Positions 48,719-56,537 are shown, counted from the first letter of the stretch. The stretch is 57,075 nt of DNA from Candidatus Actinomarinales bacterium (GCA_004214055.1 SGYT01000002.1:1-57075), one strand, 5' to 3'. Program-made: numbers and translations. Notes: a model not told the origin generated them from the sequence alone.

Positions 48719-49779
48719 TAATATTTACTATTTGTTTATTAATAAACAATATTTCATATGCTGATGAATTAACAGAAGATTATCTATCAACAGAACATTA
48801 CATTTCATTTGATATTAAAAATGATCAAATATTATATTCTAAAAATGCTGATAGTATCATATATCCAGCTTCTTTAACAAAGCTAATGACTGCTTTGATA
48901 TTGTTAGATAATTATCAACTTAGTGATTATATTACATCTAAATATCCTGATAATTATGAAAACAAAGGTAAAGTTGCCTATATTCCCGAAAATATAAAGA
49001 TAAATATTGAAAATTTACTAGAACTTTTACTTGTTTATTCAGCTAATGATGCTGCTTATATTTCAGCACTTGCAGTATCAGATAGTGTTGATGATTTTTT
49101 AAATCTAATGAACGATAAGGCAAAATTACTTAATATGGATAATACTAACTATTCCAATCCTGATGGAATTGATAATAGCAATCATTACACTACATTAAAT
49201 GATCTACTTAAACTTACAATTGAAATTTCTGAGAATATTGAATTACTTTCTATAGTTAGTAAAACAAAATTTGTTTATGAAATATCTGGAGTAGAAAAAA
49301 CTTACAAGTCAACAAACTTAATCATAAATGATGGCTTTATAGGTTTAAAAACAGGATGGACTGATCTAGCGGGACTAACTTTTATTGGTTTGAACCAATC
49401 AAACAATAGAGAAATAATTACAATTGTTAATAAATCTTTTGTGGATGAAGATAAAATAACCCATTTTAAAGATACAAAATCATTATATAAAGCAAGTATT
49501 AAATCTTTTAAAAGTATATATATTGTAAATAAAAATGAAAATATGTACGCAATACGTAATAGCACCAATACGATATATCAAAAAACATCAAAAGACTGGA
49601 ATATATTTACGAACATAGATAAAAATAATAAACTCGTTTTTAATAAATTTGATGAGAATAAATTATTTTTTAGTTATGAAAAATATGATAATTCATTTAA
49701 AACTTATATTTCTGAATATAAAATTAAATGGTCATTTAATCCTCTCAAAATATTTCAAATTAATGCAAATCAAAAATAA
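48703..49779 (+). CDS. D-alanyl-D-alanine carboxypeptidase (peptidase S11), probable non-canonical ATT start
   Basis: All three catalytic boxes are present: SxxK (PASLTKLM), SxN (YSANDAA) and KTG (GLKTGW). The reading frame is open from 48673 and encodes a textbook signal peptide (KRYIIIFTICLLINNISYA/DE). It contains no ATG/GTG/TTG before 48886, which lies after the catalytic Ser. ATT at 48703 sits 6 nt after GGGAG (48692-48696). Confidence 0.6.
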   Translation: MKRYIIIFTICLLINNISYADELTEDYLSTEHYISFDIKNDQILYSKNADSIIYPASLTKLMTALILLDNYQLSDYITSKYPDNYENKGKVAYIPENIKINIENLLELLLVYSANDAAYISALAVSDSVDDFLNLMNDKAKLLNMDNTNYSNPDGIDNSNHYTTLNDLLKLTIEISENIELLSIVSKTKFVYEISGVEKTYKSTNLIINDGFIGLKTGWTDLAGLTFIGLNQSNNREIITIVNKSFVDEDKITHFKDTKSLYKASIKSFKSIYIVNKNENMYAIRNSTNTIYQKTSKDWNIFTNIDKNNKLVFNKFDENKLFFSYEKYDNSFKTYISEYKIKWSFNPLKIFQINANQK

Positions 49780-49832
49780 TAAAATATATTTATAGATTTC
49801 TAATTTATATTAAAAAGTTCTAAACTTTTTAT

Positions 49833-50312
49833 ATGAGTAAAAATATAAAAGTCGAGGTAAATTCTATAAGATTAGAAGAAAGTTCTGATACACCTATACT
49901 CTTACTTTTAGATCCTTCCACTCAGAAAGTTTTACCTATTTGGATAGGCACTATCGAAGCTGTTTCAATCGCTTACGCACAAGAAGGAGTTCTACATGAC
50001 AGGCCACAGACACATGATTTATTATTAAATATCGTTGAAGCTTTAGATGCTTCTATAAATGAAGTTAATATTTCAAATATTTCGGATGAAACATATTACG
50101 CTGATATTATTTTAAATTCTGTAAATGGTTTAGTTACACTTTCCGCTAGACCAAGTGATGCAATTGCTTTAGCATTAAGATCAAATATACCAGTTACTGT
50201 AAATGAAAAAGTATTTGAAACAAATTCTATTGATTTGATTATTGACTCATCAAATGAAATAGAGGAATTTAAAGCCTTTATTAAAGACATTAAGCCTGAA
50301 GATTTTTCTTAA
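49833..50312 (+). CDS. bifunctional nuclease family protein (DUF151/BFN domain, Rv1829-like)
   Basis: 159 aa with PILLLLDPSTQKVLPIWIG..EA.SIA......RPQTHDLL. TAAACT -10 (49821-49826) lies 6 nt before the ATG. Confidence 0.8.
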   Translation: MSKNIKVEVNSIRLEESSDTPILLLLDPSTQKVLPIWIGTIEAVSIAYAQEGVLHDRPQTHDLLLNIVEALDASINEVNISNISDETYYADIILNSVNGLVTLSARPSDAIALALRSNIPVTVNEKVFETNSIDLIIDSSNEIEEFKAFIKDIKPEDFS

Positions 50313-50350
50313 AACGTTGATATAAAATATATATATAGTAGATTGTTATT

Positions 50351-50794
50351 ATGCGACAGGGTTACACAGGACCAGAAGTATGTAAAATAACTGGTATTAC
50401 TTACAGGCAGTTAGATCATTGGACTTCAACAAAATTAGTTGAAGCTTCAATTAGAAATATTAAAGGTTCAGGTTTTCATAGAATATACTCTTTTCAAGAT
50501 ATAGTAAAAGTTAAATTAGTAAATAAATTAAGAGATGCCGGGGTAAGTCTTCAAAAAATTAGGATAGCATTATCAAATGTAAACAAAATTTTAGGTAAAA
50601 ATATTAATATTTCAGATATTTCAATATTTTCTGATGGTCAATCAATATATGTTGTTACTGATAATAACGAAATGTTAGATTTATTGCGAAAAGGGCAAGC
50701 TGTCTTTGGAATATCATTAGGGCCTGTACACACTGAAACGGAAGCTGAAATATTTTCTTTATTTCCAGAAAAAATTTCTGCAAATAATGCATGA
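50351..50794 (+). CDS. MerR-family transcriptional regulator (Rv1830-like by position)
   Basis: 147 aa with N-terminal HTH YTGPEVCKITGITYRQLDHWTSTKLV. TAGATT -10 (50339-50344) lies 6 nt before the ATG. Confidence 0.75.
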   Translation: MRQGYTGPEVCKITGITYRQLDHWTSTKLVEASIRNIKGSGFHRIYSFQDIVKVKLVNKLRDAGVSLQKIRIALSNVNKILGKNINISDISIFSDGQSIYVVTDNNEMLDLLRKGQAVFGISLGPVHTETEAEIFSLFPEKISANNA

Positions 50795-51123
50795 AATTTG
50801 CACACCCGTCAGAAAAATTATTTACAGAACATTTAGATTTATTTAACATACCATGGATTTATGAACCAGTAAGTTTCCCCTTGAAGTGGGGTAGTGGTTC
50901 TATTAAAAAAATGTTTACTCCAGACTTTTTTTTACCATCTTTAAATATTTATATTGAAATAACAACTATGAATCAAAAACTTATTACTAAAAAAAGAAAA
51001 AAAATAAAATTGGCAAAAAAACTTTATCCTAATAAGAGATTTAAACTCATTAATGAAAAAGAATTCTATAATTTTTTAACTAAAGATAAAATTGAATTAG
51101 TTCAAGAAGCTATAGCGAGCTGA
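50791..51123 (+). CDS. hypothetical protein with a PD-(D/E)xK-like motif pattern
   Basis: 110 aa with ATGA overlap with the MerR gene. It contains ..FTPDFFLP-x9-YIEIT.., reminiscent of a restriction-endonuclease-fold core. The tail is basic. I recognise no family with confidence. Confidence 0.35.
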   Translation: MKFAHPSEKLFTEHLDLFNIPWIYEPVSFPLKWGSGSIKKMFTPDFFLPSLNIYIEITTMNQKLITKKRKKIKLAKKLYPNKRFKLINEKEFYNFLTKDKIELVQEAIAS

Positions 51124-52041
51124 TTTATTTAATAATTCTTCAGGATTGTTAATACCCATGTCACTACAATGTAATAATTCTTTTTTGATGTCTGTATTAC
51201 TCATTAATCTATTGTCTGTGTTTATTGATATATTAAAACCATAATCTATTAGATTTTTTACAGGATGTTCTGTATAGTTTTTATACATATTTGTATGAAT
51301 GTTTGATGTAATACAAATTTCTAAAGGTATTTGATTATTTAAAATATATTCAGCAGTTTTACCAATTTGATTATTAATAATATCAATATCTTCAATAATC
51401 CTAACGCCATGTCCAATTCTTTGAGCTCCATTATCTAAAGCATCTTGAATTGAATCCACATTGTCGCCTTCACCAGCATGAATTGTAATGTTTACTCCAG
51501 CTTCTTTTAATTTATTAAAAGTATTTTTAAATAAAGACGGTCTGTAATTTAATTCTGGACCAGCAATATCAAAACCAATTATTAAATTTTTATAATCTAT
51601 AGCAATTGAACCTACTTTTTCTACATTTTTTTTATCATTTCTCATTCCACATAAAATTAATCCAGATTTAATGCCGTACATTGATTCTGCTTGCTTAAAG
51701 CCTGAATTTATAGCTTCAAGAACACTTTTTATTGATAAATTTGCACTTACTGAATAAAGGGGAGCGTATCTACTTTCATAAAGATTTATTCCATTATTAT
51801 GCATGTCTTCAGCAGCTTCATAAGCAATTCTTTCTAAGTTTTCATATGTATTCATTAATGCCGTTGTATGAATGAATGCTTCTAAGTAATCTTCTAAAGA
51901 AACGCAATCTGACCTATCAAAAAACTTGTTTATATCGTCAACATTTAATAAAGGGTTATATGAAGCTTTCTTTGCTAATTCAAGAGCAGTAGTACCCCTT
52001 AGACCGCCGTCTAAGTGATCGTGTAGTACAGCTTTATCCAT
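51097..52041 (-). CDS. add: adenosine deaminase
   Basis: 314 aa with LHDHLDGG (HxHxDG), ITIHAGE, RIGHG and SINTDNRLMS motifs. Confidence 0.88.
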   Translation of the reverse strand: MDKAVLHDHLDGGLRGTTALELAKKASYNPLLNVDDINKFFDRSDCVSLEDYLEAFIHTTALMNTYENLERIAYEAAEDMHNNGINLYESRYAPLYSVSANLSIKSVLEAINSGFKQAESMYGIKSGLILCGMRNDKKNVEKVGSIAIDYKNLIIGFDIAGPELNYRPSLFKNTFNKLKEAGVNITIHAGEGDNVDSIQDALDNGAQRIGHGVRIIEDIDIINNQIGKTAEYILNNQIPLEICITSNIHTNMYKNYTEHPVKNLIDYGFNISINTDNRLMSNTDIKKELLHCSDMGINNPEELLNKSARYSFLN

Positions 52042-52088
52042 AGCGCAACATAATATAGATTATAGGACAAAACGATAATTTCGATATT

Positions 52089-52955
52089 TTAAAATATTTC
52101 ATTAATAACACTCTCCTTATGAGTGATTGGTAGCCAATGACCTGCTCTTTTTATCTCCTTAATAGTAACATCGCTACCAAGACTGTTTAATCGATTTACC
52201 ATCTTATCTGTTAACTTTACAGCTACATCTAAATCTCCAAATAGAAAAGTTACAGGTGTATCAACTTTTCTACGCCATTCATTACTCATCTCAATATTTA
52301 AATCAATATTTGAATACCAGCAAATAGGTTGGTATAAAGAATGTCCATCAAAATGATTAATGTAGTTATTAATGATTTTGTCATCAACAACTAACTTCCC
52401 TGTCTTACCATTTGTAAATAAATTTGATAATGATAGATCAGGTTGAGCTAACTTAGAAGATATATCTCTGTAAGCTAATCTAAAGAAAGACTCTAGATTT
52501 GTATCTATTACTTTTGAAGATTCTTCCGGATCTTGAAAGGATGAAATATAATGTACTCCCTGTTTAAATTTTAGATTATTATAAATATACGAATTAGGAA
52601 ATTCATCACCACCACATATAGAAATTAGTTTTTTTACATCTATATTCGCTCTTGATATTAACGCCCACCCCACAATTGAACCCCAATCATGACCTACTAT
52701 TATTAATTCATTATTTAAATTATTTTCTTTAACCAGATCTTCTATATCCATTGCTAAAGATTCAATATTAAAATCACTAATTAACGAATTAGTTATTTCT
52801 GATAATGGATATCCTCTTTGTTCTGGAACAGTTACTCTTTTATTATTTTTGATAAGTTCTTCTTTAATTTCATCCCAAAAATACATATTTGATGGAAATC
52901 CATGAAGTAAAATTACATCACTCCCCTCACCTTCAATAGTGTGTGTTATCTTCAT
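52089..52955 (-). CDS. alpha/beta hydrolase, epoxide-hydrolase/dehalogenase-like (Asp nucleophile)
   Basis: 288 aa with oxyanion motif HGFP, nucleophile elbow VGHDWGS and a C-terminal catalytic His (AGHW). Confidence 0.75.
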   Translation of the reverse strand: MKITHTIEGEGSDVILLHGFPSNMYFWDEIKEELIKNNKRVTVPEQRGYPLSEITNSLISDFNIESLAMDIEDLVKENNLNNELIIVGHDWGSIVGWALISRANIDVKKLISICGGDEFPNSYIYNNLKFKQGVHYISSFQDPEESSKVIDTNLESFFRLAYRDISSKLAQPDLSLSNLFTNGKTGKLVVDDKIINNYINHFDGHSLYQPICWYSNIDLNIEMSNEWRRKVDTPVTFLFGDLDVAVKLTDKMVNRLNSLGSDVTIKEIKRAGHWLPITHKESVINEIF

Positions 52956-53611
52956 ATAAGCTTATTTTTTCTTAAAATAACAATGCTTAAGCACAAAGCA
53001 AAAAAAAGCCATTGAATAGAATAACTCATATGGGGAGGCTCATAACCAGAATCTAATTGTGCACACTCAATACCAGTTCCACAATTAATACTTAAATGTA
53101 TATATTTATCAGTTAATGTGATATTTTGATCAATTTCAAGAAAGGTTTTATCAATGCGAAATATATATTCTGAGTCGGTTATGTCTTCTTGTCCTACTGG
53201 AGATTTTATATCATAATTTAATAAAAATCCATCAAATCCATAACTAAAATTACCTAATTTAAACAAATTATTTTCTAATGGTATCCATCCATGGTTTACA
53301 GTTAAATGTAGATTATCTTGGTCTTTGTAAATTGCTACAACATGATATCCAGATATTCCATTTTGTACTCTTGAACGTAACTTGTAATAATCAACTAATG
53401 AATAAGCACCTTGAAGTGCTACAAATGAATTATTTTCTAGTTCATTAATTTGTTCAAGTTGTATATTTCTTTGATTACTTTCATCATAAGTAAATGATTC
53501 GTTTACTTGGTGTCTATTAAATTGCCAATAAGATAATGCAAGAAATATTAAAACAAGTAAAAACCCAAAGTAAAACAAATTTTTATGAGGAAGAAACCTT
53601 AGTTTATCCAA
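52952..53611 (-). CDS. SURF1-family protein (cytochrome oxidase assembly)
   Basis: 219 aa. It has an N-terminal TM segment followed by YWQFNRH, and a C-terminal HMSYSIQWLFFAL followed by a TM segment, which is the SURF1 architecture. Confidence 0.75.
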   Translation of the reverse strand: MDKLRFLPHKNLFYFGFLLVLIFLALSYWQFNRHQVNESFTYDESNQRNIQLEQINELENNSFVALQGAYSLVDYYKLRSRVQNGISGYHVVAIYKDQDNLHLTVNHGWIPLENNLFKLGNFSYGFDGFLLNYDIKSPVGQEDITDSEYIFRIDKTFLEIDQNITLTDKYIHLSINCGTGIECAQLDSGYEPPHMSYSIQWLFFALCLSIVILRKNKLI

Positions 53612-55029
53612 GTTGCATCTCCCCTTCTTTTATCTCCATGTGTATATAATTTAGCTCCGATTCCAGTAACACAAACACCACCAAAATACATATCATTTGG
53701 TTCGGTCACCGTTATGTTGTCAGATATATTATTAATTCCTGGCTCTGCTCTAATAGATCCGTCCATATTGACATGATATCTTGGTTTATCAATTGATTTC
53801 TTCCAATCATGATTAATTGTAAAATTATTAATAACTTGAGCTAGTGAAGAACTTATTCTATCAGCACCAGGTGATCCAATAGTAGACATTCCGTCTGTAG
53901 TTTTAATAATTAATGGACTCATATTAGAAATTAATCTTTCTCCTTTTGTTTCACCAAGAAAGCCTTGTGGATTTAATTCCAACTCTCCTAATGAGTTATT
54001 AAAATACATACCTGTATTTTTACACACTACACCAGAACCATAGCCGCTAGAAAACGTAATTGAAAAATGATTATTATCGGTATCAGAGGTACTAACCTGA
54101 ACCGTCGAAGGAGATGAAGTTATTTTTTTAATATCATTACTTATTTTATCTTTTCTATTACCAAAAAACTCTAAATTATCTTTTCGATAAATATAGGTAT
54201 CTATTAGTTCTTTTGTAATGTCTTCATGATTATTATTAAAAATATCTAAATATCTTAAAACCATGAGACCTCCAATCGATGGACCGTTATGTCCAGTAAT
54301 ATTTAAATCTTTATAACTATATTCAAATTTAGAATCATTAATTAATTTATAATTATCAAAATCACTACTAGTGGCATGACCACCTTCATCTTTAATAGTT
54401 TTTAATATTTCATTAGCAATATCACCAGAATAAAAACAATTAAAGTCATTATTTCCTAGGTACTCTAAAGTATTTGAAAGTTTCTCCAAAATAACTTTTC
54501 CATTATGTAAATCTTCCTTAATAGGTTTCAATAAATTACTAGATTCTTCATGCCACATATAAAGTGGAACAAGTGAATGTTCAAAATAGTCTTTAGTCGG
54601 TTGAGTTAATTTAAAACCATCTTTCGTTACCTTAATAGGATATTCCAATAGTATTTTGATTGGTAAGCTTGAATAATTATTATGTAAAAAATCTAAAATT
54701 TTATAAATACCAGGTATAGCAAAAGTATTTGCTCCAGCATAAGTTTCAACATATCCACCATAGGTCATTGATATTTTCTGTTTTTCTGTACTCCCATTTA
54801 CAAAATTTGCTGGAGATACAAAATATCCATCTATAGTATGTTGTGTATTTTTATTACCATCATGATAAGTAAGCAATCCAGCAGAAGTTGGTGAACATAC
54901 ACCTAATTCAGTAACCATAGCAGTAATTACGCTAGCAATCAACACATCTGCTGCATTTGGATTTAAATCAGCAATTGACTCCGCTGCTTTAACTGTATAT
55001 TCTGAAGTACTTGCTAATGAAACTTTCAC
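53599..55029 (-). CDS. gamma-glutamyltransferase-family (Ntn hydrolase) protein, no signal peptide
   Basis: 476 aa. The N-terminal region is NAADVLIASVITAMVTE. The putative autoprocessing site is SPS/T-VQVSTSDTDNNHFSITFSSGYGSGVV, aligning with GGT T-THxSVVDxDGNxVxxTxTxNxxFGSG. A SPGADRI segment follows. GTG start with TAAAAT -10 at N6. Confidence 0.7.
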   Translation of the reverse strand: MKVSLASTSEYTVKAAESIADLNPNAADVLIASVITAMVTELGVCSPTSAGLLTYHDGNKNTQHTIDGYFVSPANFVNGSTEKQKISMTYGGYVETYAGANTFAIPGIYKILDFLHNNYSSLPIKILLEYPIKVTKDGFKLTQPTKDYFEHSLVPLYMWHEESSNLLKPIKEDLHNGKVILEKLSNTLEYLGNNDFNCFYSGDIANEILKTIKDEGGHATSSDFDNYKLINDSKFEYSYKDLNITGHNGPSIGGLMVLRYLDIFNNNHEDITKELIDTYIYRKDNLEFFGNRKDKISNDIKKITSSPSTVQVSTSDTDNNHFSITFSSGYGSGVVCKNTGMYFNNSLGELELNPQGFLGETKGERLISNMSPLIIKTTDGMSTIGSPGADRISSSLAQVINNFTINHDWKKSIDKPRYHVNMDGSIRAEPGINNISDNITVTEPNDMYFGGVCVTGIGAKLYTHGDKRRGDATWIN

Positions 55030-55072
55030 ACAAACATTTTAGTTTATAAAATGATTATACGAAGATAAATAA

Positions 55073-55987
55073 ATGGAACCAGTAGTAAAGAAATTTGACA
55101 ATAATATCTATCAAATAGATGTTTTAATGGAAGGCAAAGAAGGTAGGTTAGCTTGTTACTATATTGATACAAAAGATCCAATTTTAATAGAAGTTGGTCC
55201 TTCTAACTCATTTCCCTATCTTATAGCTGGATTAGAGTCTATAGGTATACAAAATATAAGAAGGTCTGCAATTACTCACTTGCATCTTGATCATGTTGGA
55301 GGAATTGGCCATGTTGTGGAGAAATATAAAAATCATTTTGTTCATGTTCATGAATTAGGAGCTAAACATTTGCCAGCACCAGAAAAATTATGGAAAGCAG
55401 TAGCTGAAATCTATACAGAAGAATGGCTAATAAGAAATTGGGGAGAAATAGAACCCACACCTATACAAAATATTCATATTCTAAATGATGGTCATGAATT
55501 TGAACTAGAAAAAAATAGAAAATTAAAATCTTTATATAGCCCCGGTCATGCAAAGCATCATTACTCATTTTATGATAGTGAATCAGGGACAATATTTATG
55601 GGTGACACATTAGGTTTGATTTATCCCCATGGAGATTTTGTACAACCAAATTTACCACCTCCTGATTTTGATAAAGACATATTATTTAATACATTAGAAA
55701 AAATATATTCTCTTGAATTAAAACAACTTGCAATAGCTCATTTTGGAATACATTCAAATCCATATGAATTGATTGAAAATGCTTTTAAAAGTATAGATGA
55801 ATGGATCCAATATATAAAAGAGTTACCGAATACAAGTAATAATGAAGCTGCTGAGTTATTAAAAAACTGGGTAATTAGTAATTATCAAATTTTAAATATT
55901 GATCAAAAAACAATTAGTAATTATATAAACAACGCTAGTTTTTTAATGCAAGTTGTTGGTATAAGAAATTATATTACTAGCAAATAA
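55073..55987 (+). CDS. MBL-fold metallo-hydrolase
   Basis: 304 aa with the HxHxDH motif (THLHLDHVGG) and downstream His/Asp ligands (SPGHAKHH, GD). Confidence 0.8.
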   Translation: MEPVVKKFDNNIYQIDVLMEGKEGRLACYYIDTKDPILIEVGPSNSFPYLIAGLESIGIQNIRRSAITHLHLDHVGGIGHVVEKYKNHFVHVHELGAKHLPAPEKLWKAVAEIYTEEWLIRNWGEIEPTPIQNIHILNDGHEFELEKNRKLKSLYSPGHAKHHYSFYDSESGTIFMGDTLGLIYPHGDFVQPNLPPPDFDKDILFNTLEKIYSLELKQLAIAHFGIHSNPYELIENAFKSIDEWIQYIKELPNTSNNEAAELLKNWVISNYQILNIDQKTISNYINNASFLMQVVGIRNYITSK

Positions 55988-56048
55988 GAAAAACCCCTAG
56001 TTTCCTATGGGCTCTTCATTAAAAGTCGGCGGTGTTCTACTCTCCTAG
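55987..56048. repeat. direct repeat copy A: partial 3' end of 5S rRNA (24 nt) plus terminator-like hairpin
   Basis: It matches 56476-56537 at 60 of 62 positions, with mismatches at 56008 and 56046. It begins at the last base of the MBL-hydrolase stop codon. Confidence 0.9.
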
Positions 56049-56055
56049 TTAAAAT

Positions 56056-56460
56056 TTAACAATAAAAATCCAAACAATAATTTAAATTAAATTTAACAGA
56101 TCTCCAATTTGGTTCATTAGATATCAACCCATTTGCATAGTTGTTAATCCAACTTCCAGCACTTAAACCACTCCCGCAATCAGCATAAGATCTAGCAGTT
56201 TCTTTAAAAGAATTTATGTTTGTGTTAAGCCTATAAATGTATCCGGTATTAGAACTTCTGAAATGAACAACAACATGATTCTTTTCAATAATTAATTTGT
56301 TTATAGAACTTGAGCATGGAAAATCAATTATTGTGTATGGTAATAAAGGCTCTGTGCTTGTAGTTGTTTCTATATTTTCATTGGATGAAGAACATGAAGC
56401 AACAAAGATAAAAATTAATATGTAATAAATTAATCTATTAAATCTATATTTATAAGTCAT
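56056..56460 (-). CDS. small Cys-rich lipoprotein, unknown function
   Basis: 134 aa with a signal peptide and lipobox FVAS-C, then a Ser/Thr-rich linker and 4 further Cys. TATAAT (56467-56472, minus strand) lies 6 nt upstream of the ATG. The gene sits between the two repeat copies. Confidence 0.6.
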   Translation of the reverse strand: MTYKYRFNRLIYYILIFIFVASCSSSNENIETTTSTEPLLPYTIIDFPCSSSINKLIIEKNHVVVHFRSSNTGYIYRLNTNINSFKETARSYADCGSGLSAGSWINNYANGLISNEPNWRSVKFNLNYCLDFYC

Positions 56461-56475
56461 AATTTGATTATATAT

Positions 56476-56537
56476 AGAAAAACCCCTAGTTTCCTAGGGG
56501 CTCTTCATTAAAAGTCGGCGGTGTTCTACTCTCCCAG
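56476..56537. repeat. direct repeat copy B: authentic 3' end of 5S rRNA plus its terminator
   Basis: See copy A. Positions 56514-56537 are the last 24 nt of the 5S gene and 56478-56500 are the terminator. Confidence 0.9.
56478..56500 (-). terminator. rrn operon terminator
   Basis: The minus strand reads CCCCTAG-GAAA-CTAGGGG-TTTTT, beginning 14 nt after the 5S 3' end. Confidence 0.8.

Noticed and set aside
52042-52066. A dif-like sequence (GCGCAACATAATATAGATTATAGG) near the plus-to-minus gene-orientation switch at about 51.1 kb. Another weak match lies at about 24590-24625. I considered a replication terminus.
   Set aside because: The conserved XerD arm (TTATGTnAAnT) is not matched and the XerC arm carries an insertion. 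The orientation switch itself is a gene overlap with no intergenic space. I cannot compute GC skew reliably by eye, so there is no support.
53599-55029. The GGT-family protein at first seemed to lack its catalytic Thr, because NNHFS looked like a mutated TTHxS autoprocessing motif.
   Set aside because: I re-aligned backwards from the conserved (F/Y)G(S/T)G block. This places DTDNNHFSIT opposite the GGT segment DxDGNxVxxT, and puts a Thr (SPS-T-VQVS) at the nucleophile position. The nucleophile is probably intact.
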